DNA of 63,025 nucleotides, counting the filler, from Saprolegnia diclina VS20 (lineage: Eukaryota): NCBI RefSeq assembly GCF_000281045.1. It is 7 parts of 2 records of this genome, joined end to end, with 100 filler letters (N's around TTAATTAATTAA, not from the genome) between each part and the next. Parts side by side here need not be neighbours in the genome. Positions count along the whole stretch, not along the records: positions 45,283 to 52,825 come from NW_008246111.1; positions 52,926 to 61,829 come from NW_008246111.1; 5 more parts are not named here. One strand, given 5' to 3'. Below are positions 49,061 to 59,021 of this stretch, one piece after another (position 1 is the stretch's first letter; every line of letters starts with the position of its first letter). Both the position numbers and the translations under genes were made by a program. Under the pieces are notes generated by a model. The model saw only the letters and a program-made list of their open reading frames with translations, searched no databases and was not told the origin of the DNA.

Positions 49061-52000
49061 TTAGCAATATAACCCTGCGACGACGAACCGCTGAGACGTC
49101 CTATTATGCTAGTATAGAAGTAATGTCGGTCGGGTGCAAGACGCGTGCAGGCAGGAAGGAGGAGGAGTTTGTTTAGAGAACAGGGACACACCTATCGTCG
49201 GCCAGGGCCCGGGCGGCGTCCTATGACAGTGAATGCGTCACGACCTTGGTCAAGTCATTTCTGTAGGGGCGGGTACCTCCGTACTTGCCGCCCTGGGGGG
49301 CGTACGGAGCCGGCGGCGACCGGCGCGGGTCGCCATGTCCTCCGCGCGGCGCGTACGGCGGTGGCTGCAACGCATGCGGCGCGCTCTGAAAGCCACCTAG
49401 CTGCGGCGGCGCCAGTCGGGGGTCCCCCCGCGGGTCCCCTCGAGGGTCTCCCCGAGGATCGCCCCGCGGATCGCGTGCCATCATGCGCGGGTCCCGCTGC
49501 GGTGGCGCATACGGCTCGGGCGCGCCGTACGAGGCCGGTGGCGGCTGGTACGGCGCCTGCACGGGCGGTGGCTGGCGGTATTCTGCTTGCGGTGGCTGGC
49601 GGTACTCTGCTTGCGGCGGCCCACCAAACTTGGCGACGCCATTATAGTCCTGCCGACCATAGTCCTGCCGGCCAAAGTCCTGTCGGGGCGGCGGTTCCTG
49701 GCGACCGCCATACTCCTGTCGGTACGGCTCTTGTTGCCGGGGCAGTTCCTGACGCCCGTACTCCTGCCGAGGCGGGTACACCGGTGGTGGCTCCTGCCGC
49801 CCATACTCCTGCTGCTGCCGGGGGGGGTACGCATCAGGATGATGCTGCCGCGGTGGCTCCTGCGACCGGCCATAGTCCTGCTGCGGACGACCCGGATATG
49901 CATCCGTGCGGGTACCATACTCCTGTCGCGTCATCTCCTGTCGCGGCGGGTACTCGTTGTTGGCGTTGGTGTTGTAGCGGGGCACGTCGTGGCGACCATA
50001 GGCATCCGACCGACCGTAGCCCGGCTCTTGGCGGGGCACGTCCGGGGCACGCGCGTACGGGTCTTGGCGCGGTGCGTCGTGGCGCGCATAGTCGTTGGAC
50101 CGCGGCGCATGGTGCACCGGCTTGTTGTTGTACGTCGACGGGTGCCGCTACACAATGCACACTTGTGAGCCGTCTTGACACCTTGACACCTTGACACATT
50201 GATAGTGACGTACCATGGGCGGCGGGTCATTGCGGCGTGAATGAAACCTAGTTTCGTTTAGATTGAGCCAAGTCGTACAAAAATGCACATGAGGACGCAC
50301 CGCGACTCGTCGGGCTGGCGATGGTAGCGCGACTCGTCGGGCCTGCTGGACGACGATTCTCGCGAGTAGCGGTCGTAGCTCGCCGGTGCAGGCGTCGGCT
50401 TGGGCGTCGGTGCCGGTGTCGGCGTCGGTGTCGCCCGCGGGTGCTAAGTGCATCGTTCAATGCGCGACACTGCAACAATGGCAGGGTACCTGGGTGCGCC
50501 ACACGGCTTCCGCTTCGAGGATCAGATGCGTCATTTTGCGCTAAGAACTGGGTCGCGCGTTTCGACTCGATAGATTGATACCTGTTGCGCAATCATATCG
50601 TCGGCGGTCGTGACGACCATGAGCGGAATGCGGAGCTCTTGGAGCGCGCGCTAGTGGTCCACGAGGATGAGGCACTGGATGCGAGAAGCGATGACACCTG
50701 CTGCGTCGACAGCATCGTCTTGCGCGTCATGCCTTGAATGTCGACAAACTGCTTTTGCGCCATGGTGCAGCGCTTGGCAAACTCGACGCGCTGCTGTGCA
50801 AACTACAATCGTGTGAGGGACTGCCCCGAGCAACTCCCTCATAATACGTACAAAGGCTTCGCGCGACGCGGGATCGCCCTTTTCATTCTCGGCGTGGTGG
50901 CGCTGAAACAAGTCGGCGCCTACGCATATCGCGAGGATGAGAGACGCTGCAAGAAGGGAATCCCTCGGCGCACGTACCTTCTTTCATTTGCATGCAAATT
51001 AGGTCCTGCCAGCGGTACAACGTGGCCACGTCTTGCTTGCGCTGCGCGGTCGCCATGTCAAAGACGGTGCTAAAGATCTATGGCACTCGTAAGCGACGCG
51101 TACAAGCGAGACGAAGCGTACATGCTCGTTGTTGTCGCGGAGGAGCTCGGACAGCATCTGCAGCACGGGCGTGGGCACTGTGACGGCCGGGTCGACTGCA
51201 ACATTGTCCTGAGCATGCGACGAAACGCTGGAGAGGACGGTGACGTACCAGGGTCGAAGAGAAGGTACTTGCAGTCGGGGACCACGGGCAGCGCCATTGG
51301 AATGTCTTTGAAATATGGCACGTCCTGTACAGCATGAGCATATTGCAACGAGAGGATGGAGGCGCACCGGCGTCGTTGGCTTGGCGGCGTCGACTTGCAC
51401 GACAATCTCGGGCTCGGCGGTCACTGCCGCAGCCACGGGCGCGGCTGGCGCGGACGTCGTCGTGGGCGCAGCCGGCGCAGACACAGAAGCGGTGTCGGCT
51501 GCAACACGGCGGTGTGAAGACATGTCATCCTGGACGTCGATGATGTACCTGCGCGCTGGCTGCGAAGAACCGCCACGTCGCCTTGCGTCGCGGGGCAGGC
51601 TTCAAGGAGGTTCCACAAGGCTGCTTGCTCGGTCTCGCCGTGGATCGTGTCGAGGGCGCGGAGCACGAGCTTCTTGGCGTTGCTAAACTTTTCGCGCTCG
51701 AGGCAAAAGCCAATATACCTACATATAGTCGTCGTGGGCATGCTTGTTGGGTCGACGCGGCTTCCTACCGCTTCCAGAGGTCAAAGCTGCCAGGCCACTT
51801 GGTCACCGCGAGTTCAAACACCTTGGTCGCTTGCTTGAACTGCCGCAGCTCCATCTCAAGCTCGGCGAACGCAAGCCAGAGCCCGATCGAGGACGTGTCT
51901 TGCGCATACTGCTCGAGCGTCGAAAAGACCTGTACGGGGCGGATGAGCTTCGCGAGAAGACGACGGGCATGTAGGGTACCGTTGCACGCGCACTGTCGAC

Positions 52001-52148
52001 CTGGAGGTACTATCGTACAGGAAGGAAGGCATGAGCCCACGTAGGAAGATGAGGGGCATGCAGAAGAGGTGCGTACGTTGCTGGAGATGATCAAGGTCTT
52101 GGCGGTCGCGATCACGGACGTCGCGTCCAGCGGCGGTCGGCCTGCCAT
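49061..52148 (-). CDS. Multi-exon protein with N-terminal HAT/TPR helices and a low-complexity R/Q/E/Y/G/P tail (possible RNA-processing factor); 3' boundary approximate
   Basis: LWLAFAELEMELRQFKQATKVFELAV..WPGSFDLWKR|YIGFCLEREKFSNAKK (HAT-like); many short introns; RQEYG and GDPR repeats. Confidence 0.65.
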
Positions 52149-52379
52149 CTTCACCACAAAATGGAAATCCGGTGCTATTTTATTCGATCGGATTACATTT
52201 TAATACATAAAAATCAATACACCATACAAATAGTGAGTAGAACTAACGCATTTGAATTGCATTGCATGGCCTTGGCTCCGTCGAGAAAAAACGCACCAAT
52301 CAACGCTCGCCATTTCCGGATGTCCGGATAAAACAATCAGTTGCTTGGGTCCGGTTGTCCTTCCTGCAACGACTAACTA

Positions 52380-52500
52380 CAAGTATATATGAATGCGATT
52401 TGCGTAATCTTCGTCGTTGCATAGTCTTTGCATACGCAGAACGAGCCATCTCCTTCTTCTTGATTCGCTCGCCGGGCCGTGGCTGCGCCGGCGGCAAACT
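52380..52500 (-). repeat. Dispersed repeat family, copy C
   Basis: Reverse complement GCGCAGCCACGGCCCGGCGAGCGAATCAAGAAGAAGGAGA..TTCATATATA. Confidence 0.8.
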
Positions 52501-52925
52501 GCGTAGCTTGCCAACGACTTTGAGAGACGCCAGCGACTGAGGTGGCATCAGCGACAAGAGATCGCGGTGCAAGACCAACGACTGAGAACTAGTCCAAGTC
52601 TAACTAACTAGTCCGACTAAATTGCACGTTGTAAAACGAGCTTGTTTTGAATCATCAATTTCGAAGCATTGAAGAATTTAGTACCAGTAGTGGTGTGTTG
52701 ACGGAACGCTACCTTTGGGGACACTTTCACTCTAGTTTTAGTTGTAGTACCCCGACTAATTTCCCCACCACGAGACCTCGTCCGGTATTCACAAAATTCT
52801 CGGTCCCTTGGGCGTGCCTATGGCCNNNNNNNNNNNNNNNNNNNNNNNNNNNNNNNNNNNNNNNNNNNNTTAATTAATTAANNNNNNNNNNNNNNNNNNN
52901 NNNNNNNNNNNNNNNNNNNNNNNNN

Positions 52926-54137
52926 CTTTTGCCGCTACAGCCGTCGCTCTCGGCGGTTGCAGTCTCGGGCACCGACCTCGTCTACCTCGGGCCGCTCGCG
53001 GCCATGATCACGGTCATGACGGTCGAGTTTCGCTCTGCCAAGACGACCAATCTCGCATGGGCGCACTGGGTACGTGACTTTGCGCGGCGCTGCCCGCGCC
53101 TCCGCGAGTTGGAGGTCCACGTCGCGGTCAATGGCGCCCCGCTGCAACTGCTGCTGGACGTTCTCGGCCATCCCGCGCTGCGCTTCTTGACCTTGCGGCG
53201 CGTATTAGGGCTAAATGGAGCGTCCATGGAGAAGCTTCTCGCGTGGCTGCAGCGCGGCGACGCGCGTGGGCTCCGCCTCGACGGCGTCCCGTTTGGCGAG
53301 ACGGACGCGCTTGCGTTCTGCGACGCCTTGAGCACCTGCACTTCGCTACTCGAACTTTGCGTCAGCCACGGACAGTACCTCTCGCAGCGACTTTTGGACG
53401 GCAGGTCGTTGCCGCCCAACCTCCGCGTGTTTGCATGGGGCGAGTACCACCGGCGCGGGGCAACCGCCGCACCCCGGTTCACCGCACTGCGCGACACCTC
53501 CCAGCTGCACACACTCGACTTGTCGGGCAGCCGGGTGCTCTGTCCCAACGCGATCGCAGCGCTCTTGCCGCACCTGCCGCAGCTTCGCTCGTTCGATGTC
53601 TCCAAAGTCACGTTCGACCCGCTGAACGATGTGGTGCAGTTGATGTCGGCCATGGGGCAACGGCCGACGCTCCAGCACGTCTTGGTGGGCCAGTGCAAGC
53701 TACCGCAGTCGGTGCTGCCTCCGCTTCTCGGCTGCATTCCGTCGTGGCCCTCGCTTCGACGCCTCGACCTCGCCGGCTTGTACGTCCCTGCACGAGCGTT
53801 CCGTGCAATGGTGACGGCGCTCGTCGCGTGTCCGGACTTTGCGTTTTTGAGTCTGCGCTTCCCGCCGTTTACCGATGCAATGTGGCGCGACATCGTCCCG
53901 ACGCTCGGCGCCGGTCTCCTGAAATGGCGGCGTCTTGTATTTAGCGAGTGCCAGCCCACCGCCGTCCAAGTGATTCAGCTTTTGCGCCGCCTCTTGAAGC
54001 ACAACCAACGAGCGTTTATTGTGACCTGCAGCAAGGGCTACTCGGCCGATGCCTTGCAGAACGCGTATACTGGGCTGCTCCACGAGCGCGGGCTCTTGCC
54101 ACCGACACGCGAGTCGTGTGTCGTTGCATTTGTGTAG
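52926..54137 (+). CDS. RNI-like leucine-rich repeat protein (5'-truncated by linker)
   Basis: CPRLRELEV, LHTLDLSGS, LPQLRSFDVS, PSLRRLDLAG; paralogue of 57263..58630. Confidence 0.85.
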   Translation, partial: LLPLQPSLSAVAVSGTDLVYLGPLAAMITVMTVEFRSAKTTNLAWAHWVRDFARRCPRLRELEVHVAVNGAPLQLLLDVLGHPALRFLTLRRVLGLNGASMEKLLAWLQRGDARGLRLDGVPFGETDALAFCDALSTCTSLLELCVSHGQYLSQRLLDGRSLPPNLRVFAWGEYHRRGATAAPRFTALRDTSQLHTLDLSGSRVLCPNAIAALLPHLPQLRSFDVSKVTFDPLNDVVQLMSAMGQRPTLQHVLVGQCKLPQSVLPPLLGCIPSWPSLRRLDLAGLYVPARAFRAMVTALVACPDFAFLSLRFPPFTDAMWRDIVPTLGAGLLKWRRLVFSECQPTAVQVIQLLRRLLKHNQRAFIVTCSKGYSADALQNAYTGLLHERGLLPPTRESCVVAFV

Positions 54138-54489
54138 TATCGATGTATGTGTCTTTGATCTACGAGTGTGTGCTTGTCCTCGAGCGTCGTCCTTGGCAGC
54201 TGCGCTCCGTGAGTCGATCGCCATGGTTCGTGAAGCGCGCTTCTCCGATGCGCCCACCGTACCACTGGCTGGATACCGATCCCTTTCAAATGGGCGTCTG
54301 TGATTGGCTTGCTGGAAAATATGTGCGTTTTTGATTCGTCAATATTAGGACGCGTGTTTTCATTCGATATAGAGAACAAGAAGCACAATAGACTTTAAAA
54401 ACGCAACCTCGCGCGGATTTGTGTGCTGGACGCGAACCCGAATCCAGACCAGAGGGGGAAGGAACTTACTTCATTGCCCAACAAGTCGA

Positions 54490-56640
54490 ATGGCAACGCC
54501 GTCAGCACCACCCGACCGCGGCCTCCGCCTCTCGTACTTGCGCCACTTTATCAACGAGCATGGCGGCGAGGCTGAGTTTGCTGGCAAGACGACAGCCCAA
54601 GTCTGCTTTGAGTTTGTCGTGCCATTGACCAAACCGTCCGAGCTCTCGCTCGTCGACCACGTCGCCAACGACCCAATGACCGCTTCGTTCGTTGGCCCGG
54701 CCAATTGGTATGTTAGCCACGCCTGGCAGTACCTCTTCTTGGAGACCGTCGACAGCCTCGAGCGCTTCTTCGCCGACCGAGATCTTAGTGACGACGCGGT
54801 CCTTTGGTTTTGCGTCTTCAACAACAACCAGCACCTCGCGAGCTCGTACCCGTTCGAGTACTGGTCGACGACGTTCAAGGACAGCTTGGCTGCGATCGGC
54901 AACATGGTCATGATCATGCACCCGTGGAACGACCCGATCGTACTTCGTCGAAGCTGGTGCGTGTTTGAGGTCTACGTCGCAGTGACCATGGGCGCGCGCT
55001 TTGAGATTGCACTGGCGCATGATCAAGAAGCCACGTTCCTCAGTGATATTACCATCTATAACGCGTTTAGCAAGATGCTCGCGACGATCAAGTGCGAAGA
55101 CTCGGTAGCCACCGTGCCGAGTGACCGCGACGGTATATTTACCTTGATTCGCGCCGAGACGTCGTTCATCGCGGTCGACCGGCTCATCTTCTCCACCTTG
55201 ACGCACTGGATCAAGCAAACGCTCGAGGCGTCGATTGCGTCTGCGTCCTCGTCGCTCGAGAAGGCGTCGCGGTGGCGGTATCTCGGCGTCATTCACGACG
55301 CCTTGAACGACCACGCGGCGAGCGAGCGCTGCTTCCAGGCAGCGGTCACCCTCTTCTTGGCCGCGCACGGGCCCTTGAACGAAGAGACGCTCTTGCTGCA
55401 GTCGCTTGCCGCCTTTGCGCGGGCGTACCAGCGCACGCCCCAGTCCGAATGGGAGCCACGGCTTCGGTCGACGCTCTCGACCGCGCTTCAGCATCTCGGC
55501 GAGACGCACCCGACGACGCTGGCGGCGCGTAGCAACGTGGTGTCGTCGCTCTGCCACAACGACGCGCATGCGGAAGCACTGCCGCTGGCGCTGGAAGATT
55601 TCGACGTCCGACGCTCGCTCTACGGCCTATGTGATTGGCGCACGATGAGCGCCATGTCGACCGTCGGTCTGGTCTACGTCAGCCAACACGAGGCGTATCG
55701 TGCATCGCGCTGGCTCCGGAAGGCGCTTGGCCTCCAAGTGACGCACTTGTGCCGCGAACACAACGACACGATCGGTACCAAGTCCCGGCTCGTGGATGCC
55801 TTGCTGCAGATGGGCGACGGCGTCCAAGCACGCGCGCTCGCCGAGTCGGTGGTCGCTTCTCGGGCGCGCACGTACGGTGCGACGCATCCACGCACGGTTG
55901 CGTGTCGCATCAACTTGGCGGCGTCGGTGCTCATGACGGGCGATGCGGCTCTCGCGTCGGCGCAAATGCTTGCGTTGACAACGACCCTTGGCGCGGACGA
56001 CCCAACTCGTTTGGCCGGTACGCATCTACACTATGTGGACTTGTTACTACTACTCGACTGGATACACTGTGTAGTGCAACTCAACTTGGGCGTCGCGTAT
56101 GCCATGCAAGCCCAATGGGCGAATGCGCTGGCGTCGTTCATTGACGCCTTTGCCAGCGCACCGTGCAAGGTGACGGCGTGGCTCCTCTATGGGTTTGCAG
56201 TCCACGCCCCACTACCAGTCTCCAAGAAAGGGCTCACGCTTGTCCGCGACTTCATTATCTCGAGCTCCGATGCGCAGCCCGAGACGTGGCCGACTCGATG
56301 CATGGCGTGCTACACGCCCGTCACGGGTACCCTCGTGGCCTGCGCGGGCTGTCCTTGAGACGCCTTCCAGTTTTGCATAAGGTGCCGTGACCAGCGGCCA
56401 TCGCGGCTCATGCGGTTCTGCCAACATGACCCAAAGGAGACAACGTGGAAGATGACGCTGCCGCCGCGCCGGTACTTTTATGAAGCCGACCTCTGTGCGA
56501 CCGAGACGGCGCACTACGACGACATCGATGGGCTCTTCGCCGCGTACGAGCGTCACTGCGATATGCACAACGTCCCGAGAAACGAGCGACGCGTTCGGAC
56601 GTTGATCCCGCGGTTGACGTGCACCTGGCACCCGATGTAG
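54490..56640 (+). pseudogene. HET/TIR-like + TPR + Cys-rich domain gene with one in-frame TGA (56356-56358)
   Basis: SHAW, WFCVFNNNQH, LRRSWCVFE; 42-aa KLC-type TPRs (LGETHPTTL, YGATHPRT); intron 56018-56074; homologous frame continues after the TGA to WHPM*. Confidence 0.8.
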
Positions 56641-56910
56641 TAGTTCATTGTACAGTGTACACGTGTACTACTTGAGGCAGTGTGGTTTGTACATAAATTG
56701 GCTCGTGGACAAATTGCCGGCTTGATGTCAAAACATCGACGTCCCACAAGCGTCGACCCGTAAGCCACTGTCCTCTCATACACAGACCCAACATATGTAG
56801 AGGTATCTTTTACTGTACGGAAATGGCGGAAAGATGTATCAAAGCAAGGACATATAACCCTAGCTTTTATGAGGTTTAATAGCGAGAGCTTTATGGCGTT
56901 GATCGGAGCG

Positions 56911-56941
56911 AAACCTAAACCTAAACCTAAACCTAAACCTA
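56911..56941 (+). repeat. (AAACCT)5, a telomere-like (TTTAGG) interstitial repeat
   Basis: Five perfect hexamers. Confidence 0.85.
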
Positions 56942-57262
56942 CCCCGTACCGACGACGAAGATGGTTTGGACCTTGGTGATAGAAGCTGCACAACTAAAAC
57001 TAATAATGGTCTAGGTACTACGAGCAATAACGGCCTTGGTACTGCGAGCAGCGTGACGTTGGGCTGCTGTCCTTTATAAGGACGGTCCCAAGCAAAACTA
57101 ATCGTTGTCGGCCGGGCTCAATGTTTTTAGCGCTTTTGATTGGTCGCTTTGATGCGATTTCATTGGTTTATAGTTCAATCATGTGGGCGCGTTCTATTCG
57201 CGGCATATGCCACGTTTTAAATCCCGGAGCGTATCTTCCATCGTAAGGTCGCGCCGCCTTCC

Positions 57263-58630
57263 GTGCTGGTGCCAGAGGCGCTCGACGTCATTGCGCGCTC
57301 TGTGCAGGACCAGCGGACGCTCGACGCCTTCCTCGCCGCCATGCCCACGCCGATGCTGTCGCGAGCGCTCATCGCCTTGCAGGACCTCGTCGCGACGCCC
57401 GATACGTCGCTTCTCTTGGACTGGCCCACGATCGTGCTGCGCCGTGCACCTGCGTTGGCGTCGACGATGGCGAACCTGCGGTCGCTCTTGCCGCTACAGC
57501 CGTCGCTCTCGGCGGTTGCAGTCTCGGGCACCGACCTCGTCTACCTCGGGCCGCTCGCGGCCATGACCACTGCAATGACAGTCGTTTTTTGCTCCGATCA
57601 GACGACCGATCTCGCATGGACGCACTGGGTCCGCGACTTTGGCCGGCGCTGCCCGCGCCTGCGCGTGCTTGAAATCCGCGCATCGGTAGGCGACAACCTC
57701 GGTCTGATCCAGCCGCTCCTGGACATCCTAGCCTACCCTGCGCTACGGCTCTTGTCGCTCCGAGGCGACTTTCTTCTGGACGTCGCGTCTATCGCCGTAC
57801 TCCATGCGTGGCTGGAGCGGGGCGGCGACCGTGGGCTCCGCTTGGATGGCACCCAGTTTGCGGATGCGGCCGACCCACTGCTCTACAATGCCTTGCATAC
57901 GATCCGGTCGTTTGTTGAGTTTCGTGTGCGCAACGTGCGGGGCCTCTCGTGGCTGCTTCCGGCGTTGCGCAGTGCGAGCCAACTGCGCACACTCGACCTG
58001 TCGGGCCACGGCTCGCTCTGTCCCAACGCGATCGCCGCGCTGCTCCCGCACTGGCCGCATCTCCAGACGCTCGACTTGTCCAGGAATCGCTTCGACTCTT
58101 ATCACGATGTGGTGCCCTTGATGTCGGCCATGGGGCAATGTCCGATGCTCCGGCACGTCGTCTTGCAACAGTGCAAGCTACCGCAGTCGGTGATTTCTCC
58201 GCTACTCGGCTGCATTTCAGCGTGGCCCTCACTTCGACGCCTCGACCTCGCTTGCACAGGTTTATACCTTCCTGCACGAGCGTTCCGTGCAATGGTGACG
58301 GCGCTCGTCGCGTGCCCAGACTTTGCGTTTTTGAGCGTGTGCTTCCCGCTGCTTACCGATGCAATGTGGCGCGACATCGTCCCGACGCTCGGCGCCGGTC
58401 TCTTGCGATGGCGGCGTATTACGTTTAGCGAGTGCCAACCCACTGCCGTCCAAGTGTTGCAGCTGCTGCGCCGCCTCTTGGAGCACAACCAACAAGCATT
58501 TACGGTGACCTGCGGCACGATCAGCTCTGCTGATGCGTTGCAAAACGAGTATACTGGGCTGCTCCACGAGCTCGGGCTCTTGCCACCGCCACGCGCGTCG
58601 TGTGTCGTTGCATTTGAGGTCGAGGTGTGA
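57263..58630 (+). CDS. RNI-like LRR protein with F-box-like N-terminal helix; start codon uncertain
   Basis: LVPEALDVIARSV..TLDAFLAAMP; LRTLDLSG, LQTLDLSRN; frame open from 57221 but first in-frame ATG only at 57341. Confidence 0.8.
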   Translation: MLVPEALDVIARSVQDQRTLDAFLAAMPTPMLSRALIALQDLVATPDTSLLLDWPTIVLRRAPALASTMANLRSLLPLQPSLSAVAVSGTDLVYLGPLAAMTTAMTVVFCSDQTTDLAWTHWVRDFGRRCPRLRVLEIRASVGDNLGLIQPLLDILAYPALRLLSLRGDFLLDVASIAVLHAWLERGGDRGLRLDGTQFADAADPLLYNALHTIRSFVEFRVRNVRGLSWLLPALRSASQLRTLDLSGHGSLCPNAIAALLPHWPHLQTLDLSRNRFDSYHDVVPLMSAMGQCPMLRHVVLQQCKLPQSVISPLLGCISAWPSLRRLDLACTGLYLPARAFRAMVTALVACPDFAFLSVCFPLLTDAMWRDIVPTLGAGLLRWRRITFSECQPTAVQVLQLLRRLLEHNQQAFTVTCGTISSADALQNEYTGLLHELGLLPPPRASCVVAFEVEV

Positions 58631-58695
58631 CGAATCCTATCAATGTATCAATATATCGAGTTTTTGAGATCTTACAGCAATGCGGGATGTGCATT

Positions 58696-58817
58696 GAGCC
58701 AGACGAGCCCCGCGCCGCCGCCTGCGCAGCCACGGACCGGCGAGCGAATGAAGAAGAAGGAGAATGCGAATCTTTGTGTAATTATGAAGATAACGCGAAA
58801 CCCGTTCATATATAATG
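58696..58817 (+). repeat. Dispersed repeat family, copy D
   Basis: Near-identical to about 46933-47065 apart from a short deletion. Confidence 0.85.
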
Positions 58818-59021
58818 TGGGTTGTACCATATGCGCCAATCGACACGACTTGCGCGCGTCGCTCGTTCGTCGAGCTCGGTGGCGCCAGTGGTATAGAGGG
58901 GTCGATGGAGGTGACTGGCGGTACGTTCGTATGGACACCGCTGTCAACTGGCCAACGCATAAAGACGTCTGCACTGCCTTTCGATTAACGCCAATAACGC
59001 TACACCATTTCTCTCGATACG

